NCBI RefSeq assembly: GCF_963921235.1
Contig: NC_086109.1
Location: forward strand, 35,032,001 to 35,096,000
Direction: 5' to 3'
Origin: Mobula hypostoma
Taxonomy: Eukaryota
Length of the DNA stretch: 64,000 nt
Shown: one piece after another, positions 49,480 through 63,276 of the stretch
Numbering within the stretch: position 1 is the stretch's first letter
How the letters are laid out: every line of letters starts with the position of its first letter
Program-made: the position numbers and the translations under genes
Notes under the pieces: model-generated
What the model was told of the DNA's origin: nothing
Database searches by the model: none
The model's input: the letters and a program-made list of their open reading frames with translations, nothing else

Positions 49480-50790
49480 TTTGATACCTTCAATAATTTC
49501 CAGCCCTGGATTAGTATACAAGACAGGATCTCAGCTGGAAGCTGAAACAAAGCACCTATTCAGCAATTCTGCCTCAATGCATTTGTGAATTCAGCCTTTC
49601 ACATGCTGGGCATTGGCCTTGCTGATGATGAGGATGTTCGAGGAGACTCATCTACACATTAGCTGTTGAGTTGTCCTCTACTGTTCAGGGTGGAATGTGT
49701 AGCAGGAGTGTAGAGAATTGGTCTGATTAGTTTGCTTCGCTTAGTCTACTGAATGTCGTCCTGCTGTTTAGTGTCTATGTAAACCTGTGCTGCAGCTTTG
49801 CCAGGCTGGCAGCATCATTTTTATGTCTGCGAGTGATGCTCCTGGTGTGCCTTTCCGTACCTCTCCTTGAACAGGAATTTGTTAACAATTGAAGAATGAT
49901 GAACATGATAAGCAAAGCAATTACATCTTGCGCTGGTGAACAGTTCTGCTGCTGCTAATAACTCCCAGTGCCTTGCAGCTGCCTAATTTTGAGCTATCTG
50001 ATCTGTTTCAGGACAAACCAGTCTTGCAGACTTGTAATGTAACTTAACACAAGGAATGGTGTCCTCATTGTCAAGGTGGGACTTTGTCTCCTTCAAGCAT
50101 TGTACGGTGTTTTTTGTACCAGTGGTAAAATGGACAGTTTCATTTGCCTCAAGCAGCTTAGTGAAGATGCAGACAGTTTTCTGTCAGGCTTGTTCATTCA
50201 CTACCTGCCATAGATCCAGACAATCGTTAATTCTCTCAGGACTTGGCTCATTCCATGGTGGTGCTACTAAGCCACCCTAGGCAATGGTCACTGAAGTCCC
50301 CTCTCTAGTGCCCGGCTACACTTAATAATTATACCAGGTGTTGTTCAACATGAAAGTGCATTGTTTCATTGGCAGAGTGAGGATATAGGTGATAATCATG
50401 AGGAGATTGCTGTCGGCAGGTTTGACCCAATTCCATGACACTTCGTTGGATCTGGAGTCAATGGTGAGGATTTTTAGAGATACTTCCTCCTTCCAGCATA
50501 TTCCTGGTCTATCGGTTCTGGAGATCCGTGCTGCCAGTGAGATAAAATGTAACCAGGTATCATGAAGGAGGAATCTAGCATATTTTCTTCCAGGTACAAT
50601 TCTATGAGTATAACTATAATAGGCTACTACTTGATCAGTGTGTGGCAAAACTATTGTAATTTAGACACCAGTCTCCAGATATTTGTAAGGAGGACATTAC
50701 AAGATTAACTGGGCTGGAAGTAACTTTGTCCTGCCCAGGTTTGCTGCTTCAGTCAATGCCAAATGATCCATCCAGTGTTGAATCTTCTTC
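49480..50790 (-). mobile_element. Old non-LTR retrotransposon remnant, clade uncertain
   Basis: General resemblance to decayed LINE endonuclease-region sequence; no intact motif. Confidence 0.4.
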
Positions 50791-50798
50791 ATTTACAT

Positions 50799-51533
50799 TG
50801 TTACGATTTACGTAACGTGCCAACAACAAGCGATGACAAATTGAGTTGGGTTTTAATATTAAAACCACTATATTTATTTACATCTATTCAAAAATATAGA
50901 AAATTAAACAAACTACTTTCTTAAACAGAAGTTAACAGTGTTATGCATCTACAGCTGCCTTATAGTCAAACTTAGAACCTGTTCCTAGCAAATCTTACTC
51001 AAGCACAGTCTTAGAGCAGCAGTTCAGAGAGTCCCAGTAACTCACAAAATAGGTGAGAGGAGAGACTTGTGGATCCACAATGCAACAACAAAGCAATAAT
51101 GATGAATTCCAAAGATTCCATGGCTAGCAAACAAACAAATGGTTACTGAAGATCCCAGCCAAGGAATACTGTTCCAAAGTCCACGAAGAGCGATTTCACA
51201 AAGTGACTGTCATGAAATCCACACCCAGCTTGACAAGCCTGACAGAGAAAACTGTCTGCATCTTCACTAAGCTGAGTGGGGTAAGCATTATACTTTACCC
51301 TTCTGGATCGTAAGTTCCCTGATAGCTCGAAGTCTGCACTCTCTCTCTCTCTTTCCTTCGACTCCTTCTCAGCACTATGCCCACATTTCTTTTATACCAT
51401 TGGCATATGTCATAAGGTAACACTCACAAAAACAAAACTGTGGACTCCCAGTAAAATGAAACTAGGGACACGTGATGCCCACAGTAAACGAAACTATGGA
51501 CTCCCAGGAAAACAAAACTGTGGACACGTAACA
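50799..51533 (-). mobile_element. Solo LTR with the same termini as the Gmr1-like element
   Basis: TGTTACG...CGTAACA, perfect 4-bp TSD ACAT (50795-50798, 51534-51537), short tandem units near 51430-51530; strand inferred by analogy. Confidence 0.85.
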
Positions 51534-51574
51534 ACATTCACCAGCACTTCATGTGTATGAGGACTCAGGTTTAC

Positions 51575-52205
51575 TCACCAGCATCTCTGTGCTGGTGACC
51601 ATAACATGGAGGTCTCTTTATGCAGAAGTCTCCACCTCCTCCCCTTTACATTGAAGACTTGGGGTTAAAATTGTTGCATAGGGCAGTACCGTACAACAGT
51701 TTCTTGAGTTAGTCCGCCGTCTCCCCAGCCCCCTGACATTTTTGTGGCTGGGAGGAGACAATGTGCCACATGTATATGTAGTGTGAGAGGTTGCAGCCTC
51801 TTTTTGAATATCTAAAGGGACTGCTCCTTAGGTTCCAGCTGCACTCCAGCCCCATGCTCCCAATCTTTTGACACCTGGTGCAGAGGAGAAGAGGCCACTC
51901 AGGAGACCTCCGGGTCAGTTCACTCCTGGACCTGGCCAAGCCGGCCATTCATGTGTCAAGGTGCTGGACAGTCGAGGGTTCTGCCCAAGTCAACAACCTG
52001 CCATCCCTTTTGGATAGAACAGGCAATGTCCCTGGGTATAGAGGGGGGTTTTGGGAACAGTGAGCCACTCAGGGCTTGTATGTGTTTTGAACAAAGATTA
52101 CGTATTTTAATCTGATACTATAAATAGTGTGCTTTATGAATAATGTAGGGAATGCTGTGATACTGTAATATTTGAATAATCTTTTCTATATACAGTATAG
52201 AAAAA
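51575..52205 (+). mobile_element. Decayed L1/Tx1-like LINE 3' end
   Basis: Remnant C-terminal Cys/His motif (..FCG.EETMCHMYM.CERLQPLF), LLDLAKPAIH, A-rich end. Confidence 0.65.
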
Positions 52206-52469
52206 AAGTAATGGCGCAACTGATAGAATTTCTAGGCCACCTCAGAGGGTGTTTAGGAGCCAATCACATTGAGTGGGTTAGGAATTATATATAAGCCAGC
52301 CAGAATGGGTAAATAATACAGATTTCCATATCTACATGTCATTAGTGTAGCAATCCAAATTTCTGTGCTTATCATTACAGAGACTAGATGGTGCTTTTTC
52401 TTCCTAAATTCCATAATAATAATGTAGATTACTGGCCTAATAAATTAACTACTTGTCCACTGGAGAATC

Positions 52470-53860
52470 TAGAATGAAACAAGTGCTTTGCATCTCATGG
52501 AAGAAGACACAAGACTAGTAGCAGAAATACAAGAGAACTAGGAGTCCAACAAGAATGAGGAACTGAGGGCAATCCATGTGAGTAAGATTTAGTACTAGAG
52601 AGTCAATAAGACTGGATGATGAGAAAGCTTAAGGACCCAATGGCTTAGACTTTTGAAAAAAATATTTAAAGAGATGGTGGGTGCTTTGGTCATTATCTTC
52701 CAAAATCAGAATGATTCTGGACTGTTCCTGCAGAGTGGAGAATAGAAAATGTGACCCAATGATACAAGAGGGAAGTAGAAAACAGGGAACTGCCAACTTG
52801 TGAGCCAAATATAAGCTGTAGGGGAAAGGTGGAATCTCAGTTGATACAAACACAGAGAACATCAATGTTTATAATAGGATTGAGGGCAGTCAGCATGGAT
52901 TTATGAAAATAAAGCAGCGTTTGACTAATCTGTTGTAGTGCTTTGAGAATGTGAATCTTAAAGTAGATAAGATGCTCCATTGACTATTTTGTTTAGACTT
53001 TCAGAAGACTTTTGATAAGAAGCTTGGTCAGAAACATGGCTAATTTTTTGTATAGATTGAGAGTTATTTATCTGATAAAAAGCAAAGAGTGTGGACAATC
53101 TTTCACAGATTAGTAGACTCTGACTAAAGTAGTATGGTTGAGATCACAGAGAGTCTAATCCCAAGTGTTCATAAACTGTATCAATTATTTGGGAGAACTA
53201 ACCTAATGTTATTTGTTTAGGCTTGTTAATGGTGGTGGATTGGTGAATAGTGAGGTTGATGTAAAGGGACTTCAATGGGTCATAGACAAGGTAAGTGAGG
53301 GATGAGGTTATGGAGGATGAAGGTGGGAAAATGTGAATTCATGCTTCTCGGTAACTTGCATATTGATATTAATAAAGGATCTTGCACAGCTTGTAGTTGC
53401 AGCAACCAGTTAGGAAGACAAATGGTAAAATGGCCTTTCTGTAGGGTTTTGGTGAGACCGTGTCTGAAGCATTGTGTACAGTCAAAGGACAAATTTGCCA
53501 TAGAAAAATGCAATAAAGTTTCACTGCACTGTTAGGGTTGATGAGTTTGCTAAGTGCAAGATACTGAGTAAACTAGACAGAGTTCTGAGGAATAAGGACA
53601 TTTACTTGAAACTGAAAATGTTCATTCAGTGCTGATGTTGGGATAATGTTCCTGCAGGCTGAGCAGTCCTGAATCATTCATCAGAGCCCAAGATTAAGAA
53701 TGCAACAATCAGCACTGAAATGAGAGGATAGCTTTTTTTCATTTGAAATATGGTGAATCTATGATATTCTCTACCTGGGAGATCTGTAGAATTTCAACCA
53801 TGAAGTTAATTCTAAACAGATATGAATATATTTCAGGATTTTAAGCAAAAGATATGGGTT
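52470..53860 (+). mobile_element. Highly decayed CR1 RT region
   Basis: LVIIFQN, QHGF, DFQKTFDK, LVRPCLKHCVQ remnants. Confidence 0.7.
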
Positions 53861-53899
53861 ATTGCAGGAAATGATGCCTTTACAGAGCAGATGCTCAGA

Positions 53900-55330
53900 G
53901 ATAAGTGTAGGCCAAGGGAATGGTAACTACCATAGATTTGTTTCAGTGATAAGTACATTGAAGTGGGTCAATGTTGTTTGGGCAGCTGGAGTTAATGGAA
54001 CCCATGACCAACTTCTTGAAGCTGTTCATGATGGTAGATGTCGTTGTGGCTGGGTGATAGTCATTAAGGCACGCTATTTTGTTTTTTGAAAGTACCGGAT
54101 TGATAGTGGTCTTCTTAAAGCGAGAAGTGCTTCAAATTGAAACAAAGAGCAGATAAAAACTTCTGCAATTACCCCTCCCAAATGATCCACACAGGGTCTA
54201 AGAACTTGGCCAGGGAAACCATCTAGGCCGGGTACTTTTTACAGGTTCATCTTCTGGAAGACTGATCTTACGTCCACAATGGTGACTGTGGGTTTAGGTG
54301 CATTGGAGATTGTCAGGGTAGGTGATGATACTCTAAACCCCTTCTGTTTAAAATATACATAGAATATTCTAGGCAGTTTCTAGAGATTCCAGGCAGATTC
54401 TAGAGTAGGTTACAGTGTTGGCACAACATTGTGGGCCGAAGGGCCTGTAATGTGCTGTAGATTTTTATGTTCTATGTTAATATGATAATTTCATATTATG
54501 TTATTAGTGATGCTGCCTGACTTTGTTTTGTAGCCCATTATAGCATATAAATCCTGTCACAACTGACAGCTGGTCTGGAACTCAGTTTCGGACTGATGTT
54601 GTCTTAGCATCCCTGATAGCTTTACAGAGATCGAACTCGATTTTGTTGTATAGGTTAGGTCATCTGATTTAAATGATGCAGACTTACACTTCAGTTGATC
54701 TCCTTTGTTATCCATGTTTTCTAGTTTGAGAACACCTAGTGTACTCTTTGGTACACAGTCTTCTTCACACTTGCTGATAAGGTCCATGATGGTAATGATA
54801 TACTCATCTAGGCTAGCAGCTCAGTCTTTAAAATGGACCAGTCTATCGACTCGAAGAAGTCATTCAGGATCTCATCTTTTTCCTCAGTCTAGCACTGTAA
54901 CGACTTTCTGTACTGGATCCTCCCATTTCAGCTTCTAGTTTTTTGCAGGGCAAAGGGAGCAGAGCCTGGTGGGCTGATTTATTATAGTATGGGCAGGAGA
55001 TTGGCTTATTAGATATCTTTGGTTGTGCAGCTATGGCCAAGGGTGTCTTTTGGGTACTGGTGGGACAGGAGATGTGCTAGTAGTATTTTAGTAACATTCT
55101 CTTGAAGTTAGCCTGGTTGAATTCACCCCTAGTGATGAGGACTTCAGGGTATCCTGTTTCAAGGACGTTAACCACAGGATTTAGTTTGTCGAGTACTGGA
55201 TATAGACTGCCATCAGGTTAACTGAAGAGAACTCCCATGGCAGGTTGTTTGGACAGCACTCATTGCCAGATATTCAAAGCTGGGTAAGAAGGAGCTCACC
55301 AGAACTCTCATGTGTGACCACATTAGATGT
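53900..55330 (-). mobile_element. Decayed Rex/Babar-like LINE with a CR1 tail inserted at about 54410-54477
   Basis: Endonuclease/linker-like remnants; gttggcacaacattgtgggccgaagggcctgtaatgtgctgtagatttttatgttctatg is a CR1 tail. Confidence 0.5.
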
Positions 55331-55864
55331 TGATTAAGAAGCAGACCAATCGTGTTCTTGGCAAAACGTGCCTTAGGCTCAGAGGATCAGATGGTCTTCT
55401 TGGGCTTCCAGTTCCTGGTTCTTATGTAAAGCCTTGTTGTTCTTTGTCCTGGTGCTTGCAGTATGAATGGAACCACTCAATTACCTGTTCAGCCAACTGA
55501 ACCAGCATCATTTATGGGTCACAGGTTTGTTCACTTTGCATAACTATGTGTTCTAATAATTACAGTAATTGTCAATTCTTCATGAACCAATAAATCACTG
55601 TTCCGGAACTCGCTAGGCAATCTGCAGTCTTTGAAAAGGTTACAAATTTACATTACTCAACCTAAATTTAACGCGGGTTCTTCACTTTGAAAGGTATGAA
55701 GTGGATATTTCCTCTAACTTGGCAACTTGCAGTAGTGTCTAAATAATAAAACCTAATACAGTCTAATTCCTGGGATATGCAAATTCATGAAAATATATTT
55801 CTAATGTTCAGATTTCCTATAGAATATAGGTCACTTTTGCAAATAAATACCTTACTTAGACCTT

Positions 55865-56375
55865 CCCCACAAAATGCTAGAGGAACTCAGCACGTCAGGC
55901 AGCATTTATGGAGGGGAATAAACAGTCAACATTTTGGACTGATAGTCTTTGTCAGGACTGGAAAGGAAGGGGGAAGAAGCCAGAATAAGAAGCTGAGGCT
56001 AGGAGGAGTACAAGCTAGAAGGTGGTAGGTGAATCCAGGTTGGTGAAGGAGACAGGGTGCGGTAAGAAGCTAGGAGCTGATGGGTGAAAAGGTAAAGGGC
56101 TAGAGAAGAAGGAATTTGAGAGGAGAAGACAGTGCAGTATGGGAGAAAGAGAAGGAGGAGGGCAAACAGAGGGTGGTAATAGGCAATTGAGGAGATGAGA
56201 AGCAGTAAGAAGGTGTCAGAGTGGGGAATTGAAGAATAGGGGAGGGAGAGGGGGAAGACTTAGTGGAAGTTGGAGAGATTGATATTTATCAGGTTGGAGG
56301 CTAACAAAATGGAATATCTGGTGTTGCTTCTCCAACCTGAGAGTGGCTTTATCACAGCAGTAGAGGAGGCCAGCA
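55865..56375 (-). mobile_element. Penelope-like 3' fragment
   Basis: Homologous to 10053-10580. Confidence 0.75.
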
Positions 56376-57508
56376 TCTGCAGAAACTCCTGTGTTCAGAA
56401 CCTTCCTATTTTTAGGCAGATCTTTAAATCCAGCATGTCTGTGAATGCATTTTTATGAATGGATGGGTAATTTGGTAATTTTCATCAATGAGCAACGTTT
56501 GTAAACAAAAAAAATGCAAAATGGAATTTAATCCATTTGCAGATTCTGATTGCTAGTGTCTGAATACACAATTACATGGAAATTCAGATTTAAATGTACA
56601 AGAACTAGGAACAAAGTATAATATTATGATGGACGGAAAGTAGCGCATGGTTAATCCAGAAAAGGTAACAGGAAGAGAAACTTCTTTATCATTGTTATAC
56701 TTCAGTTTAACATTATAACTCAAATTAGGCAGCATAGTTGCCATAAATAAATTTCTAAATATAGTTGATGATGGACATGCAATGACGTTCACTCTGCCAG
56801 TGTACTGAACAGCAATGAAGCTTGCTCTTGGTGGTTTCGGCTTTTGCTTTCACTTTTGTTTTGCATGTCAGTTTGCTAAAAGTTTGAATGGATAATAGAA
56901 CAATGATGGAAACCAAACATCCAGGTGAAGCTGAGAGTGCAGATTTGTAGAAGCTACTGCAAATGTGAGTATTGAAAGCAATCACAGAACAGAAACAGAA
57001 ATGATACCAAAAAGAGAGAAAAATGGATTGATAAAGTGCTGCAAGGGAACAAAGAGAAAGCTGCATTCGTAGAGTTACCAACAACCTCAGCATGAAGGAA
57101 CGAGACTTCAATTTGAATGGTCACTTTATAATCCCATGAAGATTCTTCAGCAGAATGGATGTTCATCGCCTTGTTAAAAGGTTACTGAGAATAGAATGAG
57201 AAAGACTAAAATTTCTGTTATGAGTCATTTTGTCTGCCCTGCAAAAGCACAACAATCTCATACCAAGCAATTCCTTTCACTGGTGAGTGCAAAGGCTAGA
57301 TGTTGTTTTTATGAAGCTCCTGTTGAGACAAAATGTCTAACAGCAAATTTTGGACATGTGGTCATTAATTTAGCCTCTCTTGAATTCTTTGTTCTACTTA
57401 CACATAGAGCAATACAGCATGGATACAGGGCCTCCTGATCAATCAGTCCATCAGTAATTGTGCTCACATCATGAGCAAAATGACACAGAAAGGATAAACC
57501 ATGGAAAA

Positions 57509-60210
57509 TGTTATTAAACCAGTTATTAAACTAATTCGAAGAAAGACACGAGTCTGAAATGTACGTTTAACTTTGAGTTTACTTTCAGCAAGGCTCACAG
57601 GAATCACATGGTGGCACGATGATGTATGCAATTAACATATTTTTACATATAACCTGGAATTATTTATTTAAATTATGAGATTGTTTAATCAAACAATATA
57701 TACACAAAATTACTCAAATATTATTGAAATATTAGATATACAACACTCCACCCTGCTTCGCCATAAACTCCAACTCAATGGAGAATGTATTCCAAGAATC
57801 GCTGTGGAGGATTTCTTTCACTAGAAACTTTCTTGACAAGGGAAATCACTCTGTTTGGCAGGTAAGACTTGTAAATGTGAAACAGTCTCAGGTTTAGGGA
57901 CGTCCACCATGGTGGTTGTAGGAGTTGACTCTGAGAGTGCAGGAAATAGTTCTGACATCTCTGAACACCCTTCTTCTTGTTGTTTGTGAATTTTGATCTT
58001 GGGATGGTGCGTTTAGTTCACTGGAGTATTCTCAAATTAATCCTTTTATTGCTCCCTTTACACTCTTTGCTTCCTCATTCACAACATCATGTGATGAATC
58101 CTTTGTTTTCATACCTCCATTGACTCTTTGGCATTTCATTCATCCAACTGGTCTTTGATCTTTTCACCTATTTTTACCAGCAGCTTTTCGTCTCCCACTT
58201 GAAGTTCATGCAATGACCTTAATGCACACTCCTTAAACTCTCTCCCAGCTTAAAACCAAGTCACATGTTGCAAGTAATTGCCTAATTAACACATCAATAG
58301 CTTTCTCAGATATATTGCCTAGAAAAAGTGTTGTAGTACAGCCACTGCTTTCGTCTTGAGTAGCATGATCCTTCCTTGGTCCAATATGCTTTCCAACCAG
58401 AGGCACAGAAGTTGGCACCAACACCAGTTTGTCCTCTGTTAGGCAATGGTTCATGGTGTTCGGCATGAAGACAGTTGTGGCATCATCCAGTATCTTACTT
58501 AATCTGCTTCCACTTAGTTTCATTGCAGGAGATGTGGCATGAAGACTGTGGACAGATCTCCAATCAAGTTGTAGTTGTCTCAGCCAATCACTCCCCCCCG
58601 CCAACAATACTTGTTTTCCTGTTTATACCATATACAAGCCCAATGTAGCTTGCTGGTTATTGTACTACACTGTTATAAATGTCATTCCCACAAGAGTTAT
58701 CTTCTCTCCAGCATAAGTTCTTAGTTGAATATCTGTAGGCTTCAGTTTGATATGTTTGAAATGCCATTCAAATTCATTTTCTGGAATGACTGAAATACAT
58801 AGGTGAAACAATATCTAATTCTATTTTAATCAATTTGTCATTCACATCTGGTGTAAACCATATTGCTGGTTATTGTTAATTTTCACACTGTAAATCTTAA
58901 GGCTACGTAGTCCTATGTCACTCTCATCATTATCAGATTTTTCATCAGTAGCATGTAGATTACTGCTCTTCTTGAAACAGCAACTTGACTTTTTATCCTT
59001 TTTCTCTTCTCTGTGCAATACCATTTATTTTTGTCTGCCCAATATGTCCTTTTTACTGTATGTAAGCTACTTTATTGCATTTTCTGCAAGTTTCACCTTT
59101 AAACCTGCATTTGTTTGGTGTTTCTGGGCCTTTGCCACAACAGCAACACAATTTGTTCAGCCAGGCTAGTTTCTGATTAGACGCTACAATTTTATACATG
59201 CTCACTCTCATTCCTGACTGCAAATCTATTGCATGTTTGTCTGCAGTTTCCATTGATACAGCAATTTCAGCTGTGCTTTTAAATATAAGCTGTGCTTCAG
59301 TTAGGAGCCATTTTTGAATGCTTTCTTGTAAGATTTCACAAACTTATCAATCTCTTACTGCATTATGAAACCCATTACCAAACCAATATTGCTCAGATAA
59401 TCTCTTCAATTCAACCAGATGCGCTGAAATGGACTCCCCTTCTTTTTGATTCTGCTTCTGAAACCTAAAGAGTTCTGTAATCAGCAATGGCTTTGGTTAT
59501 AAATGTTCCTGCATTACTTTGACAATATTAGCAAAGCTCAATTCCACTGGTTTGTTTGGAGCAAATAAACCTTGAAGCAACTGTATGCCTTTAAACCCAA
59601 TGCATAAGCAAATTTGGTACTTGTTTCTCATTGGCTATTTCATTTGCTTCAAAATTTTACTGAATTAGCACAGTATACATAAGCCAGTTATCCATTGTGT
59701 AACCAAGTTCATCAAACTTTCTGATGTAGCCAGCCATTTAATTTTTTTAATGATTATTATCACCCAATACTCACTCGTTATGAAGCCTTTAATTCTTCTG
59801 TTTTCTGACTTTTTTTTAGAAAAACTTGAACATGTCTTCCCTTCTGAAGAATGTGCTGTGCTGCATTATTTTTTAAACTCACCCAACTCTGCATATGCTA
59901 GCTGCATTTTTTTTTTATCTCACCATTTTTTTTAAAAGTTTAAACAACTCACTGTGCTTAAGCAGGCTGGTAACCGTCTGGTCAATGAGGAAAGACATCG
60001 TCGTCTGAATTGTGCATCTACTTTCAGCTAGACTCACAAGCATCGTGTACTAGTGTGATCATGTATGCAATTAATGTAATTTTACTTATAACCCATAATT
60101 AATTGTTTAAATGAATGGAAATGCTTAATAAAGCTATATATATACATACATGCACACACACACGATTACATAGATATGATAAATATGATTGAAATAGTAA
60201 TTACACTACA
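57509..60210 (-). mobile_element. Old Gypsy LTR retrotransposon, pol largely deleted, carrying a captured host mRNA fragment
   Basis: Diverged LTRs at 57509-57745 and about 59985-60210, PPT-like agggtggag next to 57745, gag start MAGYIRKFD at about 59736, twin Cys knuckles (CCCCGKG..CRFKGETCRKCNK), protease end (GSDWLRQLQLDW), integrase-tail-like RNPPQR. Confidence 0.8.
57970..58427 (-). pseudogene. RBM25: Processed RBM25 fragment (N-terminal RRM region) inside the Gypsy element
   Basis: VLVPTSVPLVGKHIGPRKDH...TTTLFLGNISEKAIDVLIRQLLATCDLVLSWERV, then ALRSLHELQVGDEKLLVKIGEKIKDQLDE and KGAIKGLI*EYSSELNAPSQD, collinear with RBM25 as recalled; stops and a deletion present. Confidence 0.88.
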
Positions 60211-60609
60211 GGAAGAGTTAGATTAACAAGGAGAAGAAGGATTCCTGACAGGAGAAAATGTCCCCGGGTGTTCAGATAGCATTTCTTCTGTCTGCGAATA
60301 CCATATGACAGATCGGGGTTGCAGGATGATTTGACACTCTTGTTAAGATGGTTTTGCCACACATACTACTGTACTTTTATTGGTAAAACCATGTAAATTT
60401 GGCCCAGTTCTTTTGCTGAGTACTTCGGATTTTCTAGCCAAACAAATCACTCAATTTTTATAAAAATATAAACATTTAAGCAATGAATCCTAATTAAAAA
60501 AAACAAGCAGAACTGGATAGACTGAATTGAAAATGAAGAAAAACTGCTGATGCTGAAAACGTTTTAGGGTTAAAACAACATTTGAAGTTCACAAGAATAA
60601 TCTCCTAGA

Positions 60610-61014
60610 TTAAGGGCTGAACATTTAGGAGGGCCTGTTGTCTCTGAGCCTGAAATCAAAGGTGTTTAGAAGGATGAAGGAGGATCTTATTGAAACCTAC
60701 CAGATACAGAAAGGACTGTATAGAGTGGATTTGGAGAGGATATTTTGAATAGTATGAGGATCTAGGATCTGAAGGCTTAGACTCAGAAAAAAAGGGACAC
60801 CGCTTTACAACTGAGTTAAGGTGACATTTCTTCAGCTAGATGTTGATGAATCTGTAGAAATCATTGACCTAAGTACTGGGAGCATTTGTAAAGATGGATA
60901 GTTCCTGATTGACAAAGAGGTTAGGGATTGAATGGGGATGAAAAATAATCAGCCATAATTGAATGGCAAAGCCGAATCAGTGGGCTGAAAGGTCAATTTA
61001 TGCCCCTATAACTT
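60610..61014 (+). mobile_element. Decayed CR1 3' fragment
   Basis: RRMKEDLIETYQI.KGL motif and CR1 3'UTR. Confidence 0.7.
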
Positions 61015-61185
61015 ACAAACAACCTGCTGGAGTAACTTCAGGGGTTTAGCTGCATCTGTGGGTGGAAAGGAATTGTTGATATTTTGGGTCAAAACCCTGC
61101 ATCAGGGCATGCTGCTCAAACCTCTGAGGTCCTCCAGCAGATAGTTTGTTGCTCTAGATTCCAGCATCTGCAGTCTTCTGTGTCA
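61015..61185. repeat. Short palindromic Penelope-tail element
   Basis: caaacaacctgctggagtaacttcaggggtttagc versus gctcaaacctctgaggtcctccagcagatagtttg. Confidence 0.65.
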
Positions 61186-61284
61186 GAATATGACGCTCAT
61201 TTATAATGTAGCAGAAACAAAGTATTTTCACCTTCCTTTGTAGCCTTTTAGATGTTCCACAAATAAATACCACAAATGAACATC

Positions 61285-61945
61285 TCCTCCACAATCATCA
61301 GCACAGGTACAACACAAGGCTGTGTGTACTTAGTCTTTCTATGCTATACTTAAGTTTGCTGATGATGCCACTATTTTTGGCCAAATCAAAGGTGTTGACA
61401 AATTGACTTATAGGAGGAAGATTGAAAATGTGGTCGAATGGTACCACAATAACCTCTCAGTCAACGTTAGCAAAAGCAAGGAACTGACTATTGACTACAG
61501 GCGGAAGAAACCAGTGGTCCATGAAAGGGTTAGAAAACAGCATTCATCATCAAAGAAACCATCATCCAAGCCATGCTCTCTCCTCACAGTTGCCATCGGG
61601 GAGGAGGTACAGGAGACTTGGGTCCCACACTACTAGCTTCAGGAACAGTTATTACTCTTCATCCATCAGGGTCCTGAACCAGTATACATAACTTAACCCA
61701 TCTCAACACAATCTGTGAGACTCACTTTCAAGGACTCTGCAATTCATGTTCTCAATATTATTTAATTTCTTCTTAATTATTGCAACTTTTTTGCATAATT
61801 TGTCCTCTTTTGCACATTGGTGGTTTATTTGTCTTTGTACGTAGTTTTTCATTGACTCTATTATATTCCTTTGTTCTACTGTGATTTCCTGCAAGAAAAT
61901 AAATTTCAGGGTAGAATATGGTGACATATATGTACTTCGATAATA
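61285..61945 (+). mobile_element. Internally deleted Rex/Babar-like fragment
   Basis: KFADDAT, NNLSVNVSKSKELTIDYRR, HPSHALSSQLPSGRRYR. Confidence 0.75.
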
Positions 61946-61954
61946 GATAAGGTT

Positions 61955-62465
61955 TTTGAGCAGAATTAGACCATTTGGCCAATTGTGTTTGCTGGCCATT
62001 CAATCATGGATAATTATTTTTTCTCTCATCCCATTCTCATAACCCTTAACCCCCATTACCATTCAAGAACCGATAAACTTAGCTTAAATACTCCAATGAC
62101 TTGGCCTTCACCACTCTCTGTGGCACTGAATTTCACATTCACCTCCTCTCTAGTTGAAGAAATTCCTCCTTATCTCATTTGTAAAGCAATGTCTTTTTAT
62201 TTTGAGGGTAAATGTGGTCTAGCCAATGCTGTATAAATTCTTGGCAGTACATCCTTTTATATCCTCGTACTCTCAAAATGAATGATAACATTGCTTTTCC
62301 CTCACTACTACCATCTCAATCTTCAAGTTAATGTTAAGGGAACCCTGAACTAAGACTCCCAAATCCCTTCGCACCTCCAATTTCTGAATTTTCTCCACTT
62401 TTATCCTTCCAACCAAAGAGCATAACCCCACTATTCCCTGTTATGTTGTCCATCTGCCACTTCAG
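61955..62465 (-). mobile_element. Decayed CR1 3' fragment
   Basis: Similar to 2400-2700 and 3000-3230. Confidence 0.65.
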
Positions 62466-63276
62466 TATAAGGTCGATTACCCTGTTTGTTGGAAATCCTG
62501 GTTATGATTCTATTTTCTGGAAAATACAACAACTCTAGCAGGTATAGAGAGAGAAAATAAGTTAACATTTCAAGGTAATGAGCTTTCTCAGAAGTGAAAA
62601 GATTTTGAAGAAAATATATTTTAAGTGACTGCAGAGGCAGAAAGTGAGTGAATAGAGGAAAAAAATATCAAAAAGAAATTAGTGCTGGATGGAAAGCTTG
62701 CATGATTAAAATGACAAAGCCATAGCAGGTCAAGGCAAATAACAATGATAATGTACAAATACAACAACTGGAGATGGGCCTGGGGAGTTCAAATAACAAC
62801 AGCTCAATTATATCCAGTAGCTGGCTTCTAGGAACAATCGTCTCAATCTACTGTTGGGACCAGAAAGTCGGAGTTTCATATCTTCTTCTCCATAAACTCC
62901 TCAGAGTGACAGATGTGACACGGATCCGAATGTATTTTTAAAGAGCTGCATTTTTTTCTTAATAATTGATTGATAATTCACAACAGAATCTTTAACAACA
63001 GGTGCTCTTGCAAAAAAAGAACATTGATTATGATCAGATGTTATTGAATTCAGTACTGACACCTGCGGTTTAGTAACTGAAAGATGAAGTGCTGTTTCAC
63101 TAGATTCTGTGAACTTTCCTTGAACTGTGTAAGTGACGCTTGACAGAAAAAAAATCTGTGGGAGTGGGAAGGAGAAGTAAAAGAGCAAGAACAAGAAACT
63201 CGGTGTCAGATATTAAAATGAAAGGAAGTGCTTATGAAGCAATCAGCCAATCTGGATTCCAGACCTAATCAGTTTT

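Noticed and set aside
58233..58607. Functional RBM25 gene
   Set aside because: Partial, intronless, with stops and a deletion in the RRM, and embedded in a Gypsy remnant.
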